A stretch of DNA of 64,000 nucleotides from an uncultured Verrucomicrobiae bacterium (GTDB lineage Bacteria > Verrucomicrobiota > Verrucomicrobiia > Chthoniobacterales > Chthoniobacteraceae). The notes beneath the pieces are model-generated. The model saw nothing but the letters and a program-made list of their open reading frames with translations, was not told where the DNA came from and searched no databases. Both the position numbers and the translations under genes were made by a program. The stretch is taken from assembly GCA_963828525.1 (NCBI GenBank), contig CAWHEP010000008.1, forward strand, positions 224,001 through 288,000, written 5' to 3'. This document shows, piece after piece, positions 19,920-30,478 of the stretch (the stretch's first letter is position 1; every line of letters starts with the position of its first letter).

Positions 19920-20273
19920 ATGGTAGTCGTCAATCTAGCGGATCAGAAACCTTTTAGGACAAAGGACGGCTCCCAAATCCGCAGCATACTGGACGCGACA
20001 AACGCCCCTGTCCAATACCAAAGTCTCGCCGAGGCCCAGCTGGAAGAAGGCGGGTCTACCCAGGCGCATTATCACCGGAAGAGCGAGGAGTTCTATTTCG
20101 TCCTGGAGGGAGCGGGCGCGATGGTCATTGACGGCGAACGCCAAGCAATAGGTCCGGGAGACGCGATCCTCATCCCGCCGGGATCGTGGCATTCCATCAT
20201 GGCGAGCGAGGCCCTTCGATTCCTGTGCTGCTGCGCGCCGCCATACGCGCATGAGGACACCTATTTCGAGTAG
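19920..20273 (+). CDS. Cupin domain protein
   Basis: HYHRKSEEFYFVLEG and IPPGSWH. Confidence 0.9.
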   Translation: MVVVNLADQKPFRTKDGSQIRSILDATNAPVQYQSLAEAQLEEGGSTQAHYHRKSEEFYFVLEGAGAMVIDGERQAIGPGDAILIPPGSWHSIMASEALRFLCCCAPPYAHEDTYFE

Positions 20274-20294
20274 AGAGGCGACGACTATGGTAAA

Positions 20295-20546
20295 TCACCA
20301 ACGGCTCCAGAAAGGCAGTTTGGCGTGCTCTGCGTCCTGTCGGCACAGTTCCTCCTGCTTCTGCACCCGCTGTGCCCGTTCTTGCGCAGCTTCCTCCCGA
20401 TGTTTGCGAGCCAATGTCAGATCGTTCCATTTCTGCGCTGCATAGTCAGCAGCCAAAATAGCCACGCCCACAGCAGAACCGCTCCATGACGTCAGATTCG
20501 CTTTCGGTGTCTCGATCGTTGCGGGGCTGCGAGAAGTAAGCACCAA
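20295..20546 (-). pseudogene. Possible remnant of a hypothetical gene at the edge of the defence patch
   Basis: Short ORF with a coiled-coil-like C-terminus (HREEAAQERAQRVQKQEEL) and no convincing start. Confidence 0.3.
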
Positions 20547-20644
20547 TCGCGGGAATGGCTACAACCTGCGCTCGGCTCCAGCTTGGAGTGTTCCGTCCGC
20601 AAAGGGAATCTTAAGTGATTATAGCATCTGAAAAGTTTGCTAAT

Positions 20645-21418
20645 TCAGGCCTCGGTGTCCGACGCTCGCCATGCAGGCTCTCCCGATCTTGCTGCTTCGG
20701 CGGCAATATGGCCCGCGAACAACGTCACGAAGGTTTTGAAACTGGTCAGATCGGAGAGCTCGGAGTAGGCGCCGCTGTTAACTGCTGTTCGCGGTGAAGT
20801 GATGATGCAGGATGTGGTATAGAGCTGCTCTTGAACAAGACGCTGGCAGAGGATGTCGTAACGTTTCAAATACGAAGCCCTTTGGAACTCTGGAAACACC
20901 GAAAAATGCGGAGAGCGATCAGTGACGGGGCGGCGCGATTCCGGGGCGTCTTCCACCATCATCATCCAGCCGAGAAATGGGCGGGTGTTTTTGCCGAATG
21001 CACCTTCGCGATAAGCAGTCTGAAAATCATGGGCGGTGCCAATGGCCTCTTCCGTCCTATTGTTGAAATTATTTCCAAACGAGGGGCCGACTTGGCTCTT
21101 TAACTCAATGGCGGCAATCAGCCGGCATTGGTGGATTACCAGGAGATCCCAGAGTTTCGTGGGGCGAAAATATCCTGGCAGCGTGAGGACGGCGCGTTGC
21201 TGATGAATGTCTGCGTGAGCTAGACCATTGGAGCGCACGAGATCGATTATCAAGGCGATGAACCCGTCCATGTTCTTCCCAGCGGTGACGCCTGCGCGTT
21301 CACCCTGATCGACAATTCCCGCTTCAATTTGCTTTTGCCGTGCTTTCTCGCGATTTCCCCAGAACGCCATGACGGCTTCTCGGGCCTTCTTCTTGTAACC
21401 AGCCAGCGCGATTCCCAT
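20645..21418 (-). CDS. Type II restriction endonuclease, PaeR7I/XhoI family (CTCGAG inferred)
   Basis: [29 protein letters not shown] and [23 protein letters not shown]. Confidence 0.9.
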   Translation of the reverse strand: MGIALAGYKKKAREAVMAFWGNREKARQKQIEAGIVDQGERAGVTAGKNMDGFIALIIDLVRSNGLAHADIHQQRAVLTLPGYFRPTKLWDLLVIHQCRLIAAIELKSQVGPSFGNNFNNRTEEAIGTAHDFQTAYREGAFGKNTRPFLGWMMMVEDAPESRRPVTDRSPHFSVFPEFQRASYLKRYDILCQRLVQEQLYTTSCIITSPRTAVNSGAYSELSDLTSFKTFVTLFAGHIAAEAARSGEPAWRASDTEA

Positions 21419-21419
21419 A

Positions 21420-23145
21420 CTAAATCCCGTTCGCTTTCAGTGCGGCACGTTCGCTTTCGGTGAGCGCGTAGAGTTGGAACACAGTTTCGTTGCAGGAATG
21501 CACATCGTCTCGTTCCGCCGCTTCAATGAGGCTTCTTTGTGCCACGAGGGAAACATCGCACCATTTAGGAAGGCGGATGCGCCGGAGGTATTGCGCCTGG
21601 AAGCGCAAGAATCCTCCTTGCATTTTGGTTGAGTATGTCGAGACAAACAGGCGGGCGATTCCCGACATGAGGACAGCCTGAAGTGCTTTCAAATCCCACT
21701 CGTTTGATGTGACGTAGTATAGATTGTGATGGGGGTAGAGTCTTCCCTCTTCGAAGACGACGTGCGCGTCCCCCTTAATGTCAGGGATCAGGAGCTTCGG
21801 GGTTGTCGCGAGTATCGGCGTGATGCGATCAATCGTTCGATACCAGTTGGCGGGAGCTTTTTTCGCGACATGTCGTCCGGCAATATCGTCGCGCCGCGTT
21901 TCAAGGTAGCGTCTTAGTCGCGGGAATTCGGCCAAGTCAACCAAACTGCCATCGTCTGCGAATGGATTGACGACACCTTTACCGTGCCATCTGACGATTC
22001 CCGTCAAAATGTCGCGTGTCATGGCGAGTGGAAGTTTTCGGCTGTCCTCAACATCGAGTTCCTCAAAGGTGCCGATGAATGCCTTGTCCGCACCAGTGGC
22101 AACTCCGATCCCCACTTTGCATCCCACCTCCTCTAAGGTCGGAAACGAAGCTTCGAGGCGACGAATGAGGGTGACGCCGGCATCCGCATCCAAAATCCAC
22201 GGCTCACACCCGCGCGTGACATCGCGCAGCACATACACGCCGGTCTCTTCCGTGGGTGACTGGGCGCCTACGAGGGCCTGTGCGAGGCCGGAAAGAAAAT
22301 GGCTGTCGATGGACGGGCGATATGCGGCTCGGGTAGCGCCGGGTTACTCGGCTGATTACGACTATCGCGGGATAGGCGATTACGTCGGAATGGAATGCCG
22401 GGGTATTCACCATATCGACGTAGGCCCTTAGGTGAAACTGCTCGGCGATGAGGCGCCGCAACGGGCCACCGTATTTGTTCTTCATCCAGCGATCCGCGCA
22501 GATGAAGCCAAGGCTCCCGTTTTGGTTCAGCAACGAAAGGGACCGCTCAATGAATGGGATGTAAATATCCGCCCGATCATAAATAGTGCGATACCGCTTT
22601 CGATATTCGGCCATGAGTGCATCCGGGATCAATTCCTGGCGCACATAGGGCGGGTTTCCGAAAACCATGTCAAACGAGCCGCCAATTTGAACGAGCAGGT
22701 AATCCCCGGCAGTGAGCCACCGCATGGCAAGCCGGCAGGCGGTTTCCTCAGGTATCGCGAATTCTTCGAGAAGCGCGACCACCTTCTTGCTGGTCAACTC
22801 GAAAGTCTGACGGTGGAGTTCAACGCCCCGGACGCAGCCGGCGAGGTCGGCGGCAGGAGTGCCCTCGCGTTTCCAGGCATTGAGCAGTCGCCGAATAGCC
22901 ATGAGTAAAAAGTCCCCGTTGCCGAAGGATGGCTCCAGAAACCGCATGCGTGGCAACGGCCGGTCTTCCCTGTACCCAACTAAATCGAGAATGAAGTTCG
23001 CCACTTCCGGTTTTGTGAAAACGGCACCACGCTCCTCCCGTCCGCTAGTAGCGAGGGAATTCAGAGCCGCGGTGACTTCGCACATGCCCTCGAAAGAGGG
23101 CTCGTGAAGCGGCGGCGTAATATTAAAATCCCCGGCTATTTCCAT
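21420..23145 (-). CDS. N6-adenine DNA methyltransferase (gamma class, M.PaeR7I/TaqI-like) with one frameshift at about 22345
   Basis: GAVFT, motif [11 protein letters not shown], motif IV GNPPYVR; C-terminal TRD with [17 protein letters not shown] and [13 protein letters not shown] in a second frame. Confidence 0.9.
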
Positions 23146-23393
23146 GCCAGTGCTTGCAAGCTGGGAATCGACGACAACCGCGATTCACAGTCGCAAGCCT
23201 CAATATGTTGTGGCTGGAGATTCAGAAATCCCACCGTATATTATGGGCATGCCAGGGTCAATTCCAGACTTGTCGCTTTCCTGCTTGGAGAATCGGCAGA
23301 AGATAGCACGATCGGTGGCCTGCGTCTTTGTTCAACGCGTTTGATACGGCATCGCTCAAACACGTGAATGACTCTATGACAAAGAAGCTCCCT

Positions 23394-24023
23394 CTACAGA
23401 GGCCTTTTCACACGACTTAGAGGCAATCCACCGCTCTTCGCTAATATGACTAACTCGTCGATCACCGCTTCAGTAGATATGTCGTCGGATAGTCGGGCGA
23501 AATCGAAGCTTTTGCCGCGGATCCCCTCGTTCTCTAAGAATTCAGGAATTTCCCCGTTCTCTATGAATCGGCGGAGATACTCGTGGTTAGTTCTTATTTG
23601 AGAGTAAGCCTCCTTCCAGTCTTGATACAGAAGGAATCCAATCTTTGTTCCGGCTTTTTCAACCGGAGCAAAAGTCGTGACATCGGTTTCCTGGGCCGCT
23701 GGGTGATCGCTTATGAAGTAACCCGTATCGCTAAACAACCACATGGAAACGTTGATCGCCTGCTGCTCCGCGTCTTCTCGCTCGAAATAAAATTCATAGA
23801 ACATCAGGTTTAACCAATCCCAAGCCCAATTTTCTAGCGACCCCTTCCCATCCTTAGGAGCGCACTCGCTGAAATAGCAATAACCACCCTTATACGTCAT
23901 GCCCAACTGAGTGCCTATGTATCTGGCCGCGTCGAGGGCCATCCGTTGATAGTCGTGGAGAAGCCGATAAGCTTTCCTCACGTCCAGAAGAGCCTCGTGC
24001 ATTTTTACGGTTGATGCGTTCAT
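23394..24023 (-). CDS. Hypothetical protein translationally coupled to the upstream nuclease-like gene
   Basis: 209-aa ORF with lower GC; DVRKAYRLL and WAWDWL; its ATG overlaps the upstream TGA (ATGA). Confidence 0.8.
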   Translation of the reverse strand: MNASTVKMHEALLDVRKAYRLLHDYQRMALDAARYIGTQLGMTYKGGYCYFSECAPKDGKGSLENWAWDWLNLMFYEFYFEREDAEQQAINVSMWLFSDTGYFISDHPAAQETDVTTFAPVEKAGTKIGFLLYQDWKEAYSQIRTNHEYLRRFIENGEIPEFLENEGIRGKSFDFARLSDDISTEAVIDELVILAKSGGLPLSRVKRPL

Positions 24024-24709
24024 AAGAAAAGTTCCTTGCTGCGCTTCTGGAAAAGCTGGAGGTGAGAAGAGATGGAAGGGCTCATTGAATTTTGCTCGAA
24101 ATGGAAATCAGCGAACCATTTACATCTCATATATCCGTGACAGGCGAACATGGCGATCAAGTCAGTGAGAATACGGTCGTGCGCGTGCCCCTGCGAGGTT
24201 AGGTACCTCCAGCCGTCGCGTCTCTTTTTGCATACGCTCGCATTCTGTGAGCAGGCGCTCCCATCTGCACATATGCACCGGACATCGAATCGAAGTCAGC
24301 ACGACTTCATCGTCTTTCGTGTCCCAGATTCCGCCCAAGGCAATCAAACAAACAGGAACCTGATCGTTTCCATATTCATTAGCGGTGGAGGCGGTGATCT
24401 GATTTTGCCACTGATTGGAATTTTGCTGGAAGGAATCCCACCGTTTCGCTTCGACGATCAGATCGAATTCTGAAAATCTTATGAACAGGTCAGGAACGAC
24501 TCGATTGACGTTGCTGGTTCCAGAGTAGCATCCCAGTTCGGTCGAAATTCCACTGCCTCCGAGCTCTCCCGCAGTTGCCGCGAGAAGATCGGAGTAACAT
24601 GCATTTTGCGGAGAATTTTCCAGAAGACTTCCGTCGGAAGGTGGAGAAGATGTGTGAAAACAGCCGCAGTTAACGAATCCTCACAATGATTTATAAATGC
24701 CCCAAGCAC
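24020..24709 (-). CDS. PD-(D/E)xK nuclease-family protein, interrupted by several small frameshifts
   Basis: Joined frames read EDSLTAAVFTHLLHLP...VEFRPNWDA/..NRVVPDLFIRFSEFDLIVEAKRW...LIALGG...RILTDLIAMFACHGY...ELFL*. Confidence 0.72.
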
Positions 24710-25225
24710 ACTTTAGACGTTGAGCGATTTTGACGTCAACGTCCATGAAAAAAATTGATGGTCTCGTTGCATCCTGTCATGGTTGAAGATTGAAGCATTC
24801 CTTAGCCTTGGGATAAGGGTTCTCATGGACATCCAAGGAGAAGCAGTAGCCCCCTGTTCGGGACGCCGCCGCCGCGATTTGGCGGTTGGTGTCAAACTCC
24901 AACCGCGCCGGATAGCAGGCCTCGGATACTACCGCGTAGTCCATCCCTCCACACACGCTTCCTAACTGCGGTTCAGAGCGCTGTGACTCTGGCCAAGCCT
25001 TTCCTTGCTGGCGCTCTTAAGGAAATCGGCCCGTGCTGCCCACCGCCGCGAGACGTTGGCGAATGTCAGGCCGCGCGCGCAAGAGTCGCAACTTGTCCAT
25101 CGACCCGGCGTAGATGGCGCCTCTGAATTAGTTGAAAAGATGTTCTCCGCGACATCTGACACAGGAGCATCTGACACCGCGTATTGCCAAACCGCCAGAG
25201 AAGACCTCAGGATGCCACCCCAGCT

Positions 25226-26611
25226 ATGAACAACTCCCCTTTACTGTTCGCGGCCACGCTTTCCCTTGCGCTGGCGGCCTGCGCGCCAATGACGGCTTTT
25301 TACCCAAACTCAAAGGGCAGCCCGCAGAATTCCGTGAAGCGGACCGCGGGATACACGCTTGCGTTCGTGGAGTTTGGGGAACAGGGGTCGTATCAGGATC
25401 CTACCCAGCTCGAGAATGTGCTCGCGCTGATCAAGGCTACGCCTCGCCCGCTCGTGGTGACCTATGTGCATGGCTGGCAGAACAACGCGCGTTCGGGCGA
25501 CGCTGAGAAATTCACCGATCTGCTGAAGGACCTCAGTGAGTCCAAGGCTGTCAGGGAAGCGGGCTTCAACGTGCTCGGAGTGTATCTGGGATGGCGCGGG
25601 CAATTGACGACGGTTCCTGTGGCGAAAGAATTGACTTTTTTCAGCCGGAAGGCGGCGGCGGAACGCCTAGCCAGTAATTTCGACTGCTACGATGCCATCG
25701 CAACTGTATCCGAGGCGGCTCGCAAATATCACTCGGCTGCTGGTCAATATACGATTTTGATAGGCCATTCATTCGGTGGGTTGGTCGTGGAGCGATCGGT
25801 CGCGCACGCCATTAACGCGGAAATTCACGGCCGTTCTGATCCCGGCAACGCTCTTCCCGCTGATCTTATCCTGCTTCTAAACCCCGCCTCGGACTCCATC
25901 CTGACCCGGCAGATGATTGCGGCGCTTTACAGCAGGCATCTTGAGAATACTCGCCAGTTCCTCGTTTCACTGACTTCCACCAAGGATGACGCGACGGGAC
26001 TGGCCTTCCCGATCGGGACGAACCTGGCCGCGATGACAAAAGGTTTCAATGATGTGCGCGTGCCTGGCGAGACTTCGGAGAGCGCCAGCGAGCGGAAATT
26101 CTTCACGACCACACCTGGGCACAACAAGTTCCTCATCAACCACGAAACGGAGGATCTGCACAAGACTCTCCCAGGGAGAGGTCAGAAGGCTTTCGAGGTG
26201 AACCTCTCCAAGAATCTTTCAGGACATATCTTTACTACGGACGACGGGGCCGGAGGGTTGAAATTGTGGCATTTCAAAAAAGTGGGGGCTGTAGATGTGC
26301 CGTATTGGGATGTCGAGGTTGATCCCGCCATTATCAAGGATCACGGTGACATATGGAACGACCGCGCGCGGGCTATGATGGCGGCAATTTTTCGGATGAA
26401 CATTCCGGAGCGGATGAAAGCAGCTTCGGGTTCCGTCACAGCAGCGCGCGTCCAAAATGCCGCGCCCGCAGTATTAAAGGCTATTCCCGCGAAACCCGAT
26501 CTGCATAAAGAACCTGACTTCCGGAGGCTGGACACGCCGCGAAAACCTGGCGGTACCAAGCTTCCGCAGCAGCCATCCACGCAAGCAGACCACCCAACCT
26601 TTTCCAACTAA
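25226..26611 (+). CDS. Alpha/beta-hydrolase fold lipoprotein
   Basis: Lipobox LAAC, VVTYVHGWQNNA oxyanion segment and nucleophile elbow GHSFG. Confidence 0.8.
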   Translation: MNNSPLLFAATLSLALAACAPMTAFYPNSKGSPQNSVKRTAGYTLAFVEFGEQGSYQDPTQLENVLALIKATPRPLVVTYVHGWQNNARSGDAEKFTDLLKDLSESKAVREAGFNVLGVYLGWRGQLTTVPVAKELTFFSRKAAAERLASNFDCYDAIATVSEAARKYHSAAGQYTILIGHSFGGLVVERSVAHAINAEIHGRSDPGNALPADLILLLNPASDSILTRQMIAALYSRHLENTRQFLVSLTSTKDDATGLAFPIGTNLAAMTKGFNDVRVPGETSESASERKFFTTTPGHNKFLINHETEDLHKTLPGRGQKAFEVNLSKNLSGHIFTTDDGAGGLKLWHFKKVGAVDVPYWDVEVDPAIIKDHGDIWNDRARAMMAAIFRMNIPERMKAASGSVTAARVQNAAPAVLKAIPAKPDLHKEPDFRRLDTPRKPGGTKLPQQPSTQADHPTFSN

Positions 26612-26612
26612 C

Positions 26613-27830
26613 TTGAACACAAAATCCTGTTTTCTGCTCCCGGTCATGGCTCTTTTGAGTCTTGCCCCCTTCTCCCACGCCCAGGAAAACCCGGCACGGG
26701 GGGCTCCGAACACCTTCTACGAACGCTTTCCGCAGAGCGACTGCCTTTCGCAGGCTCTGCTGGGCCCAATCAATCTGCTGGACACACCTTTCGACAAATT
26801 CGACGAGTTCAAAAAGCAAAATCACCTTCCGGTAACGTTGGGAGCGTATAGCTGGTTCCACGTCAACCATGGCGGACCGAACGCAGACGGGTATGGCATT
26901 CCAGGGCTGCGAGGCACCTATTTTTACTACATCGATGCCGATCCCGAGATTTCGCTGAACAATCCGTATGTTCACAAGATCGGCGCGCACGCCGAATTCC
27001 GCTTCCGCGATACCGAGGATAGGTTTCGTTCCTACTTCACTCACACGTACTGGTTTTACGAGCTTTACGGCTGGGCCGACACAGACATAGGGCGCTTCAA
27101 GCTTGGTAAAATCTGGAGACGCTTCGGCGTGGATTGGGACGATACCTGGTGGGGAAACGTCCAATACTTCGACGGGTTCAAGTTGAACCCCGATTACGGC
27201 ATTAGTTGGGAACAAACATGGAAGGTTTCGAAACAATTTACGGTGGACAGTTTTGCCCAGTTCTTTGTGGCGCAGGATGGCATCGCGGGCGCGGAACCGA
27301 ACTCCATGCCAGAGACGACAACCGGATCGGCGGAGCACAATACCGGCATCGTGAGAGTGGTGCCTACGTGGAAGCTCTCGGATAACTCCGCGCTGGCGCT
27401 CGGCATGTCCGCCTCGATCGGACAGATAGACAACCAGCCGAGGAACGGCCCGGATCAAACGCCCAAAGCTTACGCGCTGGACTTAACTTACACATATGAC
27501 CATCTGAAGCTCTTTGGGGAAGGCCTGCAAGAATTTGGAGTTTTGAACCGCAACTTTTATGTTTCGCAAGGGCCTAGCAATCGCATCAGCGACTGCCTGC
27601 TCGGCGCCGAGTATAAGTATGGCCCGGCGACTTTCCGCGTCGCGTATTCAGCCGGGTTTGAAGCCAATCCATCGGGCCACCAGTCCCTTTGGGTGCCCGG
27701 TGTCACGCTGGGGTTAACCAAGAACGTTGATCTCCTTTTCGAGTACGTCCGCTGGGACGTTTATAATAAAACGCGGGAACACTCTGTGTACGAAGACGGC
27801 TTCCAAATAGTGTTCAATTGGAGGCTATAA
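26613..27830 (+). CDS. Putative outer-membrane beta-barrel porin
   Basis: Signal peptide, aromatic-rich alternating beta strands (YELYGW, RFKLGK, GAEYKY) and a C-terminal strand GFQIVFNWRL. Confidence 0.7.
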   Translation: MNTKSCFLLPVMALLSLAPFSHAQENPARGAPNTFYERFPQSDCLSQALLGPINLLDTPFDKFDEFKKQNHLPVTLGAYSWFHVNHGGPNADGYGIPGLRGTYFYYIDADPEISLNNPYVHKIGAHAEFRFRDTEDRFRSYFTHTYWFYELYGWADTDIGRFKLGKIWRRFGVDWDDTWWGNVQYFDGFKLNPDYGISWEQTWKVSKQFTVDSFAQFFVAQDGIAGAEPNSMPETTTGSAEHNTGIVRVVPTWKLSDNSALALGMSASIGQIDNQPRNGPDQTPKAYALDLTYTYDHLKLFGEGLQEFGVLNRNFYVSQGPSNRISDCLLGAEYKYGPATFRVAYSAGFEANPSGHQSLWVPGVTLGLTKNVDLLFEYVRWDVYNKTREHSVYEDGFQIVFNWRL

Positions 27831-27844
27831 GTCAGGCCAGGCAA

Positions 27845-28855
27845 ATGATGAAGATCTCAGCATTATTCACAGTAGCTACAGCGATTTTGGCAACCTGTGT
27901 TCAGGCGCAGGAGAAAACAGTCGTGCAGTACGACTGCATCCCCAATTATGCAAACTGGGGAGGCGTGACTGCCGAATATCAGAAGGAAACTGGCGTCCGG
28001 GTGCCTCCCGACATGAAGGGCAGCTCGGCGGCAATGGCAGCAATGGAGGCCGAGAAAGCAAATCCGCAAGCCGACTGCGCATACTATTCAGGAGCGATCG
28101 GGTATCAAGCGGCGGAAAAAGGGCTGCACCAGCCCTATAAGCCCGCCGGGTTCGAGAAGATCCCGGACGGCCTTAAAGACCCCAAGGGGCTTTGGTGGAC
28201 GGTGCATACCGGTTACATCGCCATCCTCGTCAACAAGGCGGCTCTAAAGGGAAAGCCGGTGCCGCGCAGCTTTGCCGACCTGTTAAAGCCCGATTATAAA
28301 GGGATGGTGGCCTACGACGACCCGACATGGGGAGGAACCGGATTTACGTTCGTTTACGGGATCAACTCCGTGCTCGGAGGCGGCGCGGATCTCAAGGCGG
28401 GATTCGACTATCTCAAGAAGCTCGACGCAAACGCGCTAAACTACCCTCGTGAGAATATCTATAATGACCTTCTCCGCGGGGAAGTGCCCATCTGGATCAA
28501 CGTGGATGGGAACGGCCTAAAGGCCAAGTACGCGGACGGCGCGCCTGTCGAAACGGTGATAGCCACGGAGGGAACAATTGTTATGCCGCTGGTGATGGGG
28601 TTAGCAGCGGGGGCTCCTCACCCTGAGGAAGCAAAGAAATACCTCGACTGGACTTTGGGCGATACAGCGCAAAAAATAATGGCTGAATCTTTTTTCCGTC
28701 CAGTGATGAAGGTGACGCTTTCGGAAAAGCTGAAAAGCGAATTCCTGCCCGATTCCGAGTATCTGAAAGTCACCGTGCTCCCGCTCTCCGAGATGGCAGC
28801 GCGGGCCGACGCCGTGAAGAAGCGCTGGATGGATGAGATCCGCGGGAGCCGGTAG
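27845..28855 (+). CDS. ABC transporter substrate-binding protein (AfuA/PotD-like class)
   Basis: Signal peptide; AEKANPQAD, PRSFADLLKPDYKG and APHPEEAKKYLDW. Confidence 0.9.
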   Translation: MMKISALFTVATAILATCVQAQEKTVVQYDCIPNYANWGGVTAEYQKETGVRVPPDMKGSSAAMAAMEAEKANPQADCAYYSGAIGYQAAEKGLHQPYKPAGFEKIPDGLKDPKGLWWTVHTGYIAILVNKAALKGKPVPRSFADLLKPDYKGMVAYDDPTWGGTGFTFVYGINSVLGGGADLKAGFDYLKKLDANALNYPRENIYNDLLRGEVPIWINVDGNGLKAKYADGAPVETVIATEGTIVMPLVMGLAAGAPHPEEAKKYLDWTLGDTAQKIMAESFFRPVMKVTLSEKLKSEFLPDSEYLKVTVLPLSEMAARADAVKKRWMDEIRGSR

Positions 28856-29661
28856 TGACTCCGCTTTGGCGAGCGGCGCTGCTGGCTCCGATTGTAGCAG
28901 TTTTCAGCCTATTTTTGCTGTGGCCGCTTGTCGTTTTGGGGCTTAAGAGCGCGCCTGGCGGCGCCACAGGGCACTACTTCGAGATTTTGCGCGACCCATT
29001 CTACCGGGGCGCGCTGGCACATTCGCTGGGACTGAGCGCAGCCGTTGCCTCGGCGGCAACACTAGCCTCTCTCCTTCCGGCTTGGCTTTTCGCATTTCAC
29101 GAGTTCCACGGGAAGTCCGCGATGCGGGCCGCCTTCACGCTTCCCATGTCGCTTTCAGGCATCATGATTGGATTCTTCGCGATCATCATGGTTGGGCGGA
29201 TCGGCATCGTGCCGAGCTTGCTCTTTCGGCTAACCGGCCATGCGTTTCTTTCCGGAGCAGCCTATCAGATGACAGGACTGGTGCTCGCCTACCTCTACTT
29301 CGAAATTCCGCGCGGCATGCTCACGCTCGAAGCTTCGTTGCGGCAGTTCGACCGCCGGATCGGAGCGGCTGCGCGGTCACTCGGCGCGAATGCATGCCAG
29401 CGCTTTTTCTGGATCATCCTGCCCCTGATCTGGCGCCCTATCGTGTCGACCTTCGGCGTCACGTTCAGCGTATCACTGGGTTCTTTCGGCGCGGCTCTTA
29501 TTCTTTCAAGGCGCTTCTCACTCCTGCCGCTGGAGATGTTTCATGAATTCACAGCATACCTGCACACCGGCCTCGCGGCAGCGATGGCGTTGGTTCTCGT
29601 GACGATCGCGCTGGGCGTGAACTGCCTGACGCACTGGAACATCGGAAGACGCGTTCGATGA
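28855..29661 (+). CDS. ABC transporter permease
   Basis: About 6 TM segments with EAA-like loop AAARSLGA. Confidence 0.9.
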   Translation: MTPLWRAALLAPIVAVFSLFLLWPLVVLGLKSAPGGATGHYFEILRDPFYRGALAHSLGLSAAVASAATLASLLPAWLFAFHEFHGKSAMRAAFTLPMSLSGIMIGFFAIIMVGRIGIVPSLLFRLTGHAFLSGAAYQMTGLVLAYLYFEIPRGMLTLEASLRQFDRRIGAAARSLGANACQRFFWIILPLIWRPIVSTFGVTFSVSLGSFGAALILSRRFSLLPLEMFHEFTAYLHTGLAAAMALVLVTIALGVNCLTHWNIGRRVR

Positions 29662-30476
29662 GGCGATTAGCCCCCGGTTTTGTCGCGCTGTACGCTGTCA
29701 CGGTGGGACTGCTCATTATCATCCTTTCGCCCTTTGCCGTAGTGACGCTGGGTTCATTTTTGGATACCCGTTTTATTGGCATCTCCAGTGAAGTCTGGCC
29801 CGGGGCGCGCCCGCTAATCGATTTTAGTGGCTTCGGATATGTTTGGGGCCTGTATCACACCTCCTTCTTCTTTAGCCTCAAACTGGCCTTTCTCTCGGCG
29901 CTCCTCGCTTTGTTCATTGGCGCGCCAGGCGGTTACGCGCTCTTCGAACGAACTTTCGGGGGAGCGGGTTTGATGGAAAGCATCATCATGCTGCCGCTTT
30001 CGATGCCGGGCGTTGCCCTCTCCATCGGACTCATCCAGGCGTTTGCTATCATCCGGAATCGCTGGTGGCTGATCCTGGCGGGACACCTTTTATACACGGT
30101 GCCGTTTATGACGCGCCTCGTTATCAACTCGCTGCGGGCCGCAAACATCCCCGAGATGGAGAACTGCGCGCGCGCGCTCGGCGCGAGTTTTCCCCAGCGC
30201 TTGCGTCTCATCGTCCTCCCCACCCTGCGGCGCGCCCTGGTCACGGGTTTGCTGATCGTTTTCGCCGTATCATGGGGCGAGTTCAATGTCAGCTATCTCC
30301 TGAATACCCCTGTTAACCAGACGTATCCCGCCGCCCTTTTCGGAACATACACCAGCAATAGTTTCCAGGTGGCCAGCGCCGCGACGGTTCTCTTCCTCGC
30401 TGTGCTGGCGCCCGTGTTTATGCTCATCCAGTGGGTCGGCGCCGATCGCGCCGCGCCACCCGAGCAAGGGGCGTAG
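29658..30476 (+). CDS. ABC transporter permease
   Basis: About 6 TM segments, ENCARALGAS and SWGEFN. Confidence 0.9.
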   Translation: MRRLAPGFVALYAVTVGLLIIILSPFAVVTLGSFLDTRFIGISSEVWPGARPLIDFSGFGYVWGLYHTSFFFSLKLAFLSALLALFIGAPGGYALFERTFGGAGLMESIIMLPLSMPGVALSIGLIQAFAIIRNRWWLILAGHLLYTVPFMTRLVINSLRAANIPEMENCARALGASFPQRLRLIVLPTLRRALVTGLLIVFAVSWGEFNVSYLLNTPVNQTYPAALFGTYTSNSFQVASAATVLFLAVLAPVFMLIQWVGADRAAPPEQGA

Positions 30477-30478
30477 CT

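Noticed and set aside
24744..25150. Possible ncRNA or small ORFs in the 24.7-25.2 kb gap
   Set aside because: The short ORFs lack motifs and I could not recognise a riboswitch or known RNA; an Infernal/Rfam search would be needed.
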